Assembly: GCA_963701255.1 (NCBI GenBank)
Contig: OY969579.1
Location: forward strand, 2,669,702 to 2,733,701
DNA: 64,000 nucleotides
Origin: Vulcanimicrobiota bacterium
GTDB taxonomy: Bacteria; Vulcanimicrobiota; Vulcanimicrobiia; Vulcanimicrobiales; Vulcanimicrobiaceae
Reading direction: 5' to 3'
The position numbers were made by a program, and so were the translations under genes. Below, piece after piece: positions 9,340 to 18,123 of the stretch. The notes below the pieces were generated by a model that was not told the origin of the DNA, searched no databases, and worked only from the letters and a program-made list of their open reading frames with translations. Within the stretch, counting starts at the first letter, position 1. Every line of letters begins with the position of its first letter.

Positions 9340-9384
9340 CAGGCCTGCTAAGGGGGAGGCCGCAGGGATGGCGAAGGGCGGTCG

Positions 9385-10392
9385 ATGATCGATTTACTCG
9401 CGCCGGGCGTGCTGATGGATGCGTTCAAGCGCACCATCACCTACCTGCGTATTTCGGTCACCGATCGATGTAATCTGCGCTGCGTCTACTGCATGCCCGA
9501 AGCGGGTTTGCCGTGGCTGCCCAAGGCTGAGATCCTCCGCTTCGAGGAGATCGAGCAAATCGTCCGGGCCGCGGCGTCGCTGGGCGTACGCAGCCTCCGG
9601 CTCACCGGCGGCGAGCCGCTGGTCCGCCACGATCTCCCCGACCTCGTCGCCCGGCTCGCGGCGATCGAGGGGATCGAGGACATCGCGCTCTCGACCAACG
9701 GGCTGCTGCTGGCCGAGCGAGCCGCGGAGCTGCGCGCGGCCGGGCTGAATCGGGTCAACATCTCGCTCGATACCCTGCGCGAGGACCGCTTTGCGGCGAT
9801 CGCCCGCCGCCCGGGACTCGATCGCGTGCTCGCCGGGATCGCGGCGGCCACCGCCGCGGGTCTGGCACCGGTGAAGCTCAACTGCGTCGTGATGCGCGGA
9901 ACGAACGACGACGAGGTCGCGGACTTCGCCGCGCTCACGCGCGACCATGAGATCTACGTGCGCTTCATCGAAGTCATGCCGGTTACGGACAACGCGGAGT
10001 TGCAACGGGATTCATACATCGCCGCCGGCGAGTTGCTCGAGCGTATCGCGTGCGACGGCGAGCTGCTGCCCGCAGCGGGTCCGGGCGGGAACGGCCCGGC
10101 GCGCTATTACGCCTTCCGCGGCGCGCGCGGCGCGATCGGCGTCATCTCACCGCTCTCGCACGACTATTGCGAAACCTGCAACCGCGTGCGCCTCAGCGCC
10201 GACGGCCACTTGAAACTCTGCCTCTTCGGTGACACGGGCATCGATCTGCGCACGCCGCTGCGCGCCGGTGCGACGCAGTCCGATCTCGCCGCGATCTTCG
10301 AGTCGGCGATGACGATCAAACCCGAGCGCCACCACCTGGACCTCGGCAAACCCGCCAGCGCGATGCGCGCCTTATCGGAAATAGGCGGTTAA
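9385..10392 (+). CDS. moaA: GTP 3',8-cyclase MoaA (radical SAM)
   Basis: CNLRCVYCMP radical-SAM cluster motif, a C-terminal CxxCNRxRLxxDG second cluster (CETCNRVRLSADG) and a terminal GG. Confidence 0.92.
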   Translation: MIDLLAPGVLMDAFKRTITYLRISVTDRCNLRCVYCMPEAGLPWLPKAEILRFEEIEQIVRAAASLGVRSLRLTGGEPLVRHDLPDLVARLAAIEGIEDIALSTNGLLLAERAAELRAAGLNRVNISLDTLREDRFAAIARRPGLDRVLAGIAAATAAGLAPVKLNCVVMRGTNDDEVADFAALTRDHEIYVRFIEVMPVTDNAELQRDSYIAAGELLERIACDGELLPAAGPGGNGPARYYAFRGARGAIGVISPLSHDYCETCNRVRLSADGHLKLCLFGDTGIDLRTPLRAGATQSDLAAIFESAMTIKPERHHLDLGKPASAMRALSEIGG

Positions 10393-10405
10393 GCAGCCTT
10401 CTTCC

Positions 10406-10894
10406 TCAGCCGATTTGTTTGCGGAAGAAGGCCAGCATTTTGGTGGGTTCGGGCATGATGCGAAATTCGGTGAAGCCCCAGGCGCGGGCTTGGATGATGC
10501 CGTGCTCGTTGTTCATCGGGATGCAGAACGTCAGGGTCCGGATGCGTTTCTTTTTCGCCACGACCTGGGCGTCGTTGACCAACTGCTCGAGCAGCGGCGC
10601 CGGGGCACCGGCGCGTGTCCGCAGGGATTCGATCATCGCAACGTCGACGCCGTTGGCGGCTTCGGGGTCGCTGTAGCCCGGCGGAAATTTGAACACGAGC
10701 TGAACGCTCCCGAGCAGGCCGCTTGCGTCCTCGGCGATCAAGATGACTCGCCGCCCGGCTTGCTGCTCGGCGAGCCACTTGGCGATCCGTCCCTCCCAGG
10801 CTTCTCCGGCCGCGGGCGTTCCGGTGAAGACCTTGTCGTGAACCAGCCGTTGCGCATCACGCGGCGTCGCAAATCGGATGAAAATACGGCTCAC
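10406..10894 (-). CDS. GNAT family acetyltransferase
   Basis: 162-aa ORF with normal composition and a GNAT-like core, convergent with moaA. The family call is by eye only. Confidence 0.55.
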   Translation of the reverse strand: MSRIFIRFATPRDAQRLVHDKVFTGTPAAGEAWEGRIAKWLAEQQAGRRVILIAEDASGLLGSVQLVFKFPPGYSDPEAANGVDVAMIESLRTRAGAPAPLLEQLVNDAQVVAKKKRIRTLTFCIPMNNEHGIIQARAWGFTEFRIMPEPTKMLAFFRKQIG

Positions 10895-10938
10895 TGCACA
10901 TATCGCTTAGTTGGAAAGGGGCTCGGCCCCCCTGCCGA

Positions 10939-12405
10939 ATGGGCGGCTATGCGTCCGTCGGCGGCGACTGCGATTCGGTGAGCGAACGGGCCCTCTTTTC
11001 ATTCGGGCGCGACCTGCGTTTGAGCGACCATGCCGGCCTGGCCGCGGCCGGCCGGCTGGGCGACGTCGTGCCGGTGCTGATCGTCGATCCCCTCACGACG
11101 GCGCGGCTGCGCCGTTCGCCGCGCCGGGCGGCATACTACTGCGCCGCGGTGCAGGCGCTCGACGCCGGCTTGCGCGAGCGCGGGAGCGCGCTGCTCGTCC
11201 GGCGCGGTCCCTCCGGGCCGGCGCTGCGCGCTCTGGCACGGGCGCTCGGCGCCCGCGCCGTCGGTTGGAGCGTCGCGCACGATCCCCAGAGCGTGCGCTT
11301 CGAGCGCGACGTGCAGTCGGTTCTGGAGGAGGCCGGAGTGCGGACCCTGCCGACCCACGACGCGACCGTCATCACGCCCGAGGATAGTGCCCTGATCAAC
11401 CAGCGCGGCGAAGCCTACCGCTCGTTCGCCGCCTACGTCCTGCGCTGGCGCCGTCTGGTCCCGGTCGCGCGCGAGCCCGAGGTACCCTTCGCCCGGACCG
11501 AGATCGCGAGCGAAGCGCTCCCCGATCCGGCTGAGTTCGGCGCACCCGTCCACTACGAAGGACCGGCCGGCGAAGCAGCCGCGCAGCATGCGCTGGCGGC
11601 GTTTCTGGACGGTCCGGCGATCCACTACGCCAGCGGCCGCAACATCCCGGGTGCCGACGGGACCTCACACCTTTCGGCGGCACTCTCGTTCGGCACCATC
11701 GCCGGGCGTACGGTGGTGCGCGAAGCCTCCGCGCGCCTCGGCGACCGGTTTCTCCTGGCCGAAGAACGGCTCTCGCTCAAGCTCTTCCTGCGCTCGCTCG
11801 CCCAGCGTGACTTCTTCCTGCAACTCGCCTGGTACACGGAATCGCTCGAAGAGGAACCGCTGCAGGAGAAGATGCGCGGTTTCGCTTTCGCCCGCACCCA
11901 TCCGCTGCTGGACGCTTGGCGCAGCGGCCGCACGGGCTTTCCGCTCGTCGACGCCGGGCTGCGCGAACTGCGTGCGACCGGTTGGATGCACCCGCGCGTG
12001 CGGGCGGTCGCGGCCGCGTTTCTGTGCTTCGATTTGGGCGTCGACTGGCGGGTTGGACGGGATATCTGGGATCAGTGGCTGATCGAAGACTCACCGGCGC
12101 TGGCGACCGGCAACTGGCAATGGATCGCCGGAGTCGGTGCGGACCTGGCGGCGTATCCGCGAATCTATAACCCGCTGCGGGCCGCCCGGCGCTTCGATCC
12201 CAGCGCGACCTACGTGCGGCGCTGGATCCCCGAACTCGCCGCCCAACCGGATCGCGTGATCCTCGATCCGCTCGCCGCCGGCGGCGCGCGCCAACTCGCG
12301 CTGAGCCTCTTCGGTCCGCGCGAGTATCCCGCGCCGATCCTCGATCACGATGCGGCCGCCCGCGCGTTCCTGGAACGCTACGGCCGCGAAGTGCGCGCCG
12401 GTTAA
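10939..12405 (+). CDS. phr: deoxyribodipyrimidine photolyase / cryptochrome family
   Basis: FGRDLRLSDHAGL N-terminus. FAD-binding C-terminus: TGFPLVDAGLRELRATGWMHPRVR, DSPALATGNWQWIAG, YPRIYNP, YVRRWIPEL. An alternative GTG start at 10978 is possible. Confidence 0.9.
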   Translation: MGGYASVGGDCDSVSERALFSFGRDLRLSDHAGLAAAGRLGDVVPVLIVDPLTTARLRRSPRRAAYYCAAVQALDAGLRERGSALLVRRGPSGPALRALARALGARAVGWSVAHDPQSVRFERDVQSVLEEAGVRTLPTHDATVITPEDSALINQRGEAYRSFAAYVLRWRRLVPVAREPEVPFARTEIASEALPDPAEFGAPVHYEGPAGEAAAQHALAAFLDGPAIHYASGRNIPGADGTSHLSAALSFGTIAGRTVVREASARLGDRFLLAEERLSLKLFLRSLAQRDFFLQLAWYTESLEEEPLQEKMRGFAFARTHPLLDAWRSGRTGFPLVDAGLRELRATGWMHPRVRAVAAAFLCFDLGVDWRVGRDIWDQWLIEDSPALATGNWQWIAGVGADLAAYPRIYNPLRAARRFDPSATYVRRWIPELAAQPDRVILDPLAAGGARQLALSLFGPREYPAPILDHDAAARAFLERYGREVRAG

Positions 12406-12977
12406 GCGTTCGTCGTGCGCGACTCGACGTAATCGGAGATGAACGGGACGCGCACGTCCTCGCCTTGCCAGACCTTGAACCCGTACACCACCGAGGCGAC
12501 GAATGCGACCGGGATGACGAAGGGCAGCAGCGGCCAGGCCGACATGCCGATCACCGGGATCGCGGCGATCGCCGAGAGCGCGAACCACATCCCGTAGATG
12601 CCGAAGTTGAAGCCCAACGCCTGCCAGGCTTGTTTGCGCACGAACGGCGAGTGCGAGCCGTCGAAGAGCGCGAGCAATGCCAGCGGCCAGAACGGGTAGC
12701 CGAGCGCGACGAGCGCGCGCGACTCGGGCCGAACGGCGACCGCCGCGTAGGACGGCTGCTGGTACATCGGCGGCGGGGGCGGTTGGGGCGGCGGCGCGCT
12801 CGGGCGCGGCGGAACCCGGCCGGGCAGCTCCTGGGTCCCCGCCGCGGCGTCGATGCGGGCGGCCAGGCGGCAACCGGGGCAGTCGCCGGCTTCGGAGCGG
12901 CAGGTCGCACAGATCGGTTGACCACAGCCGGAGCAGACGGTGATCGACGGTACGGCGTGATGGTAGTAGCAGTCCAC
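12402..12977 (-). CDS. B-box-type zinc-ribbon membrane protein (DUF4870-like C-terminus)
   Basis: N-terminal CxxC..CxxC..CPGC ribbon, a proline-rich linker (PPPQPPPPP), then 3-4 hydrophobic helices. The stop overlaps the photolyase stop (TTAA at 12402-12405). Confidence 0.65.
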   Translation of the reverse strand: MDCYYHHAVPSITVCSGCGQPICATCRSEAGDCPGCRLAARIDAAAGTQELPGRVPPRPSAPPPQPPPPPMYQQPSYAAVAVRPESRALVALGYPFWPLALLALFDGSHSPFVRKQAWQALGFNFGIYGMWFALSAIAAIPVIGMSAWPLLPFVIPVAFVASVVYGFKVWQGEDVRVPFISDYVESRTTNA

Positions 12978-13062
12978 GGTAGCCTCCGGTGAGATGAAAC
13001 TCTGCCTGTGCTACGGTCCGGGATGAGGCGAAGTTTCAGGCTGCGCCGAAGCGGGTGATCGA

Positions 13063-14826
13063 ATGGAACGCGGTTTGGTTTTGCGGCGGCTCCTACGTGA
13101 GGCTCACCCGTACTACAAACGCCTGGCGCTTGCGATGGTCTTGGGCTTCCTGGCCGGCCTCGCACCGCTCGCGCTGCTGCAGGTTCCCAACGTGTTTCCC
13201 CGCGTGCTCGTGTTCAAGCACGCTGCCGGCGGGACCATGGTGCCGGCCGGGATCGACGCCGGCGCGCTGTGGCTCGTGATCGGGATCGTGCTGGTCTCGC
13301 AGATCGGGGGGGCGCTGGCGGGCTACGGACAGAGCTACTTGACCGCCTGGAGCGGGCAGCGCTTGATCGCGACGCTGCGCGCGCGGCTGTTCGACCGCGT
13401 CAACCGCATGCCGCTGCTCGAGTTCGACAAATGGCGGCCCGGAGAATTCATCTCACGCTTTTCGAGCGATCTGGGGATGATGACGGACGCGGTGTCGATC
13501 TCGCTGCCGCAGATGGTGCAAGTAACCGTCACGTTTTTGGGCGCGCTCGCGGCGATGTTCTACATCGATTGGCTGCTCGCCATCGTGCTGCTCGCGTGCG
13601 CCCCGTTCATCTCGATCATCATCGGCCGGTTCAACAAATTGGTGGTCACGAGCACGCGGCGCGCGCAAGAGCGGATCGCGGATCTCTCGAGCAACCTCAC
13701 CGAAGTCTTGCAGAACGAACGGATCGTCAAGGCGTTCCGGCGCGAAGATTACGAGCGCGACCGGTTCGCGGGGGCCAACGAACGGTTTTTCGGCGCGAAC
13801 ATGAAAGTGACGCAATTCAACCAAACGCAGGCTCCGGTGATCGCGAGCGTCGTCTCGATCGCGATCTGCGTGATGGTGGCGATGACCGCGCGCGAGCTTG
13901 CGCTCGGGCGGCTCGATCCCAAAGTCGCGGTCCAGTTCTTCGTCGCGGCGGCGATGATGATCAACCCGATGAACCGCTTCTCGATCTTCCTGGGCGATTT
14001 CTCGCGCGCGCTCGTCGGCGCCGGCCGCGTCTTCGAGATCCTCGACCTGCCCGTCGAGCGCGACGACCCGCCCGGCGCACTGCCGCTGCGTAGCGTGGTC
14101 GGCGACATCCGCTTCGAGCACGTCCGCTTCGCCTATGAGGCAGGCGCTCCGCCGGTACTCGAGGACTTCTCCGCCGAGATGCGCCACGGCGAGACCGTCG
14201 CGCTGGTCGGCCCTTCGGGGGCCGGGAAGTCGACCATCGTCAACCTCGTGCCGCGCTTTTACGAGCCCCAGGGCGGGCGGATCACGGTCGACGGGACGGA
14301 TATCGCGAACGTCCGGTTGGGCGACCTGCGCAACGCGATCGCGATCGTGCCTCAGGAGACGATGCTCTTCAACGGGACGATCGGCGAGAACATCCGCTAC
14401 GGCCGGCTCGACGCGAACGACGCCGAGGTTCGCTCGGCGGCGAAGGAGGCCAATGCCGAAGAGTTCATCGCCGCGCTGCCGGACGGCTACGAGACGATCG
14501 TCGGGGAACGCGGCGTCCGGCTCTCCGGCGGCCAACGCCAGCGCATCGCGATCGCCCGCGCGATCCTGCGCGATCCGCGGATCCTGATCCTCGACGAGGC
14601 CACCAGCTCCCTCGACTCCCATTCCGAGGCCATGATCGAGGACGCCCTCGACCGGATCCTCCCCGGCCGCACGACCCTCATCATCGCCCACCGGCTCTCG
14701 ACGATTCGCCGTGCCAGCCGCATCCTTTATATTGAAGCCGGCAGCGTGCGCGAGATGGGGACCCACGAGACCCTGCTCGCCGCGGGCGGGCCCTACGCCA
14801 CGCTGCACGCGGCGCAGTTCGAGTAG
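13063..14826 (+). CDS. ABC transporter, fused permease/ATPase (MsbA-like exporter)
   Basis: 587 aa. N-terminal 6-TM domain, Walker A GPSGAGKST, signature LSGGQRQR, Walker B ILILDEATS. Confidence 0.9.
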   Translation: MERGLVLRRLLREAHPYYKRLALAMVLGFLAGLAPLALLQVPNVFPRVLVFKHAAGGTMVPAGIDAGALWLVIGIVLVSQIGGALAGYGQSYLTAWSGQRLIATLRARLFDRVNRMPLLEFDKWRPGEFISRFSSDLGMMTDAVSISLPQMVQVTVTFLGALAAMFYIDWLLAIVLLACAPFISIIIGRFNKLVVTSTRRAQERIADLSSNLTEVLQNERIVKAFRREDYERDRFAGANERFFGANMKVTQFNQTQAPVIASVVSIAICVMVAMTARELALGRLDPKVAVQFFVAAAMMINPMNRFSIFLGDFSRALVGAGRVFEILDLPVERDDPPGALPLRSVVGDIRFEHVRFAYEAGAPPVLEDFSAEMRHGETVALVGPSGAGKSTIVNLVPRFYEPQGGRITVDGTDIANVRLGDLRNAIAIVPQETMLFNGTIGENIRYGRLDANDAEVRSAAKEANAEEFIAALPDGYETIVGERGVRLSGGQRQRIAIARAILRDPRILILDEATSSLDSHSEAMIEDALDRILPGRTTLIIAHRLSTIRRASRILYIEAGSVREMGTHETLLAAGGPYATLHAAQFE

Positions 14827-14916
14827 CCTTAGCGGCAGAGGCAACCGGCGCCGGCGCGCATCCGCCGCGACGGCGGGACCTAACGCTTTCGGCCTCGTGA
14901 GCCGAAAGGAGAGGTG

Positions 14917-15351
14917 ATGGCGGATTCAATGATCTCGTTCGGGAGTACCGTACAACTCCTCAAAGACGCGACCCACGGGGCTTCTGAAACGCATAATGCG
15001 ATCGCGAACAACATCGCGAACGTGAGCACCCCGGGTTTCGCGCGTACCGATGTCTCGTTCAAGGCGGCTTTGGCCGCCGAACAAGGCGTGCCGGCCGATC
15101 CCGACCAGCTCGCGCTGAGCACCGATCAGCCCAATCAGATTCCGCTGGGCGGCGACCTTCCGGCGTTGCCCTTCGCGGTAACGAAGTCGGTCGACCATAG
15201 CGAGCAGATGCGGGTCGACGGCTCGAACGTCGACCTCGATCAAGAGATGGCCAAGCTTTCGATCAACTCGGGCTATTCCTCGATGATGCACGAATTGCTG
15301 AGCAATCAATACACGCGCATGCGCCGCGCGATTACGGAGACCAATACCTGA
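14917..15351 (+). CDS. flgB: flagellar basal-body rod protein FlgB
   Basis: ATG 14917 (GTG 14914 also possible) after AAGGAGAGG. Has the rod N-terminal motif NNIANVSTPGF and sits first in a flgB-flgC-fliE order. Confidence 0.88.
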   Translation: MADSMISFGSTVQLLKDATHGASETHNAIANNIANVSTPGFARTDVSFKAALAAEQGVPADPDQLALSTDQPNQIPLGGDLPALPFAVTKSVDHSEQMRVDGSNVDLDQEMAKLSINSGYSSMMHELLSNQYTRMRRAITETNT

Positions 15352-15863
15352 TGGGCATGTACGACTCGATCGAGGTCAGCGCGTCCGGCCTCTCGGCCCA
15401 ACGTCTCGCGATGGACGTTATCGCGAACAACCTCGCCAACGTCAACACGACGCGCACGCCCGAGGGCGGTCCGTTCAAGCGTCAGCTCATCGTGTTCGCG
15501 CAAAAACAAGAAGCGGCTTCGGCCGCCCAAACGACCACTTCGGGTGCGGCTTCGGACACCGCGACTGCCGCGGACGTGACCTCGGGCGATCCGGCCGGAG
15601 ATTTCTTCGGTGCCGATCCCTCGAAGGCGCGGGCCGGCGTGCAAGTCGTCGGCATCACGAACGACAACGGCCCCGATCGCCTGGTCTACGACCCCGGTCA
15701 CCCCGACGCCGACGCGCAGGGCTACGTGCACATGCCCAACGTCGATGTCGTCAAGGAAATGGTCGACATGATGACCGCCCAGCGTGCCTACGAAGCCAAC
15801 GTCACTGCCATCCAAGAGTCGCGCAGCATGGGCACCGCCGCCCAATCGCTGCTGAAAGCCTAG
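15351..15863 (+). CDS. flgC: flagellar basal-body rod protein FlgC
   Basis: SGLSAQR..VIANNLANVNTT N-terminus and YVHMPNV..EMVDMMTAQRAYEAN C-terminus. 1-nt overlap (TGATG) with flgB. Confidence 0.93.
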   Translation: MGMYDSIEVSASGLSAQRLAMDVIANNLANVNTTRTPEGGPFKRQLIVFAQKQEAASAAQTTTSGAASDTATAADVTSGDPAGDFFGADPSKARAGVQVVGITNDNGPDRLVYDPGHPDADAQGYVHMPNVDVVKEMVDMMTAQRAYEANVTAIQESRSMGTAAQSLLKA

Positions 15864-15868
15864 ACACC

Positions 15869-16216
15869 ATGATCGATTTCGCCGGCGCCGTCCGCACCGT
15901 GATCCCCGGGACATTCGTCCCCGACATGGGCCAGGACACGCCCAACATCAGCCCGATCCCGCCGGCCGCGGGCACGAGCGCTACCGACGGCGGTACGACC
16001 TCGTTCAAAGACACGGTCAAGAAAATGCTCAACGACGTGAACGACAAGCTGCAGACCTCGGACCAGCTCGCAACTGACCTTGCGTCCGGTAAGACGAACG
16101 ATGTCGAGAAGGTCGTCACCTCGTCGGAAGAAGCGAACCTCGCTCTGCAGTTCGCGATGGCGATCCGCACCAAAGTGCTCGACGCCTATACCGAAGTCTC
16201 GCGCATGCAGGTCTAG
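15869..16216 (+). CDS. fliE: flagellar hook-basal body complex protein FliE
   Basis: 115 aa. SFKDTVKKMLNDVN..Q...D.LA.DLASGK..D...V......EANLALQFAMAIRTKVLDAYTEVSRMQV is a typical FliE. Confidence 0.9.
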   Translation: MIDFAGAVRTVIPGTFVPDMGQDTPNISPIPPAAGTSATDGGTTSFKDTVKKMLNDVNDKLQTSDQLATDLASGKTNDVEKVVTSSEEANLALQFAMAIRTKVLDAYTEVSRMQV

Positions 16217-16244
16217 CCCCGAACCGCACCAGGCCGTTTCGACC

Positions 16245-16273
16245 AAGGCCCTCACTCGGTGAGGGCCTTTTGT
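16245..16273 (+). terminator. rho-independent terminator after fliE
   Basis: Perfect 11-bp stem AAGGCCCTCAC / GTGAGGGCCTT with a TCG loop followed by TTTGT, anchored to the fliE stop at 16214-16216. Confidence 0.75.
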
Positions 16274-16288
16274 CTGCGGGGGATCGGG

Positions 16289-17146
16289 GTGAGGCTTGGG
16301 AACCTGGGTGGCGTGAGCGATGGCGCGGGGCTCTTGGGCGGGCGGTACCGGCTCGAGGAAACGGTTGGGCACGGCGCGATGGCCGTCGTGTTCCGGGCCT
16401 TCGATACGGTGCTGGAACGGCCGGTCGCGATCAAGTATTTCCAAACCCACTTGATGCACGAGCACCTGCTCGTCGAACGGTTCCGGCGCGAGGCGCTGGC
16501 CGCGGCCCAGATCGTGCACCCCAACGTCGTCGCCATCCACGATATCGGGGCCGGCGAAGCCGGCCGGCCGTTCATGGTCATGGAACTCGTGGAGGGGCCG
16601 AGCCTTGCGGCGCTGCTCAAGGATGGCCCGCTGCCGGACCGGCGGGCGGCGCGCATCGGCGCAGGGGTTGCGCGGGGTCTGGCGGTCGCCCACGCCCACG
16701 GCTTCGTCCATCGCGACGTGAAGCCGGGCAACGTGCTGATCGCGGCCGGCAACGTCGCGAAGCTGACGGATTTCGGCCTGGTCCACTCCTCCGAGGATCC
16801 ACGCCCGAGCGACCTGACCATGTACGGGTCGATGCTCGGGTCGGCCGCCTACGTTGCCCCGGAGCAGGCCCGGTTCGGTTCGGCTTCGCCGGCCTCGGAT
16901 CTCTACGCGCTGGGCTGCACGCTCTACGAGACGGTCGCGGGAGCGCCGCCGTTCCGGGGAACCACCGCCATCGACATGGCCGTTCGGCGTCTCGAAGAAG
17001 CCCCCGAACCGATCCAGCTGCGCGCGCCCGGGATCGAGCCGTCCTTGGCCGCACTCATCATGGAGCTGCTCGTTCGTGACCCCAGCCGGCGGCGCGACGA
17101 CGCTCACGAAGTCGGCGACGAACTGGCCGCGATCGCCGGAGACTAA
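16289..17146 (+). CDS. stand-alone Hanks-type Ser/Thr protein kinase (catalytic domain only)
   Basis: Has the G-loop VGHGAMAVV, VAIK Lys, HRDVKPGN, DFG and YVAPE. No TM, PASTA or sensor domain. The start is probably GTG 16289 or 16313, because the track start 16259 lies inside the fliE terminator stem. Confidence 0.85.
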   Translation: MRLGNLGGVSDGAGLLGGRYRLEETVGHGAMAVVFRAFDTVLERPVAIKYFQTHLMHEHLLVERFRREALAAAQIVHPNVVAIHDIGAGEAGRPFMVMELVEGPSLAALLKDGPLPDRRAARIGAGVARGLAVAHAHGFVHRDVKPGNVLIAAGNVAKLTDFGLVHSSEDPRPSDLTMYGSMLGSAAYVAPEQARFGSASPASDLYALGCTLYETVAGAPPFRGTTAIDMAVRRLEEAPEPIQLRAPGIEPSLAALIMELLVRDPSRRRDDAHEVGDELAAIAGD

Positions 17147-17170
17147 AGTCCAGCCCTTCGGCGCCGAACA
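17144..17170 (+). promoter_or_regulatory. sigma28 (FliA)-type promoter candidate upstream of flgF
   Basis: TAAA(17144-17147)-N15-GCCGAACA(17163-17170), against consensus TAAA-N15-GCCGATAA (6/8 in the -10). The -35 overlaps the kinase TAA stop, 139 nt upstream of the flgF TTG. Confidence 0.5.
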
Positions 17171-17309
17171 ATAGAGTGGATGCGGCTGGACACCCTCGCG
17201 CGGGTGGAGCCGCGGTTCGACCGGATCGATTGATGGTCGGGCACGCTTGTCGCTTCGGTGCATAGCATCGAGTCGCCGGGCACCAAACACCGTGCGGAGG
17301 GTTTTTCAA

Positions 17310-18110
17310 TTGGTCAGAGGGCTTTATACGGCAGCGACCGGGGCACTAGTCGCGCAAGCCAACGTCGACACGATCGCCAATAACTTGGCGAACGCGAGCA
17401 CGTCCGGCTTCAAGCGCACGCTTCTTCAGGTCGAGTCGTATGCGAAAACGGACATCTACCGGAATCAGACCGATCCCGGTAAGCTTCCGAACGCCTACGT
17501 GAACGGCGTCCCCGCACATCAACTGGTCGGTTCGCTCGGCAGCGGTTCGTATGTCTACGACACGCCGGCGCAATTCGATCAAGGTGCGATCCAACAGACG
17601 GGCAACCCGCTGGACCTGGCGCTTTCGGGCGGCGGGTTCTTCACGGTGCGTACTCCTCAGAATCAACTCGCCTATACCCGGGCGGGCAGCTTCGTCGTTG
17701 GAGCCCAGGGCCAACTCACGACCACGCGCGGCGACGCGGTGCTCGATACCCAGGGCAATCCGGTCACGATCAATCCGCAAAACGGAGCGATTCAGATCGA
17801 CAAACAAGGCAACGTCACGCAAGCCGGGTCGCGACTCGCCCAACTCGGGATCACCGAGTTCGGGAACACGACCGCGCTGCGGCCGCAGGGCGACACGAAT
17901 TTCGTCGACACCGGCGCCAATCCGAGCGCCGCGACCGGCACGACCGTAATCCAGGGTGCGCAAGAGGCGAGCAACGCCAACGTCGTGCGCTCGATGGTCG
18001 ATCTCATCTCGAATCAACGCTGGTTCGAGGCCAATATCAAAATGATCCAAACCCAAGACTCGACGATGCAGGCCGCGATTACGACGGTCGGCCACTCGTC
18101 GTCGAACTAG
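17310..18110 (+). CDS. flgF: flagellar basal-body rod protein FlgF
   Basis: TTG 17310, 9 nt after GGAGG (17296-17300). RGLYTAATG...NNLANASTSGFK N-terminus and ISNQRWFEAN C-terminus. It is the first of two FlgF/FlgG paralogs. Confidence 0.85.
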   Translation: MVRGLYTAATGALVAQANVDTIANNLANASTSGFKRTLLQVESYAKTDIYRNQTDPGKLPNAYVNGVPAHQLVGSLGSGSYVYDTPAQFDQGAIQQTGNPLDLALSGGGFFTVRTPQNQLAYTRAGSFVVGAQGQLTTTRGDAVLDTQGNPVTINPQNGAIQIDKQGNVTQAGSRLAQLGITEFGNTTALRPQGDTNFVDTGANPSAATGTTVIQGAQEASNANVVRSMVDLISNQRWFEANIKMIQTQDSTMQAAITTVGHSSSN

Positions 18111-18123
18111 GAGCACTTCGACC

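Noticed and set aside
9340-9384. Possible Moco riboswitch upstream of moaA, or preQ1 riboswitch near queG
   Set aside because: The intergenic space is only 45 nt before moaA and about 0 nt before queG. That is far shorter than those riboswitch classes, and no conserved motif was seen.
14827-14880. Sigma54-type (GG-N10-GC) promoter upstream of flgB
   Set aside because: The GGCAAC segment at 14840-14845 lacks a correctly spaced GC -12 element.
15860-17290. 476-aa minus-strand ORF across fliE and the kinase gene
   Set aside because: The opposite strand encodes unmistakable FliE and a complete Hanks kinase. This ORF is Arg/Gly/Asp-rich with no motifs.
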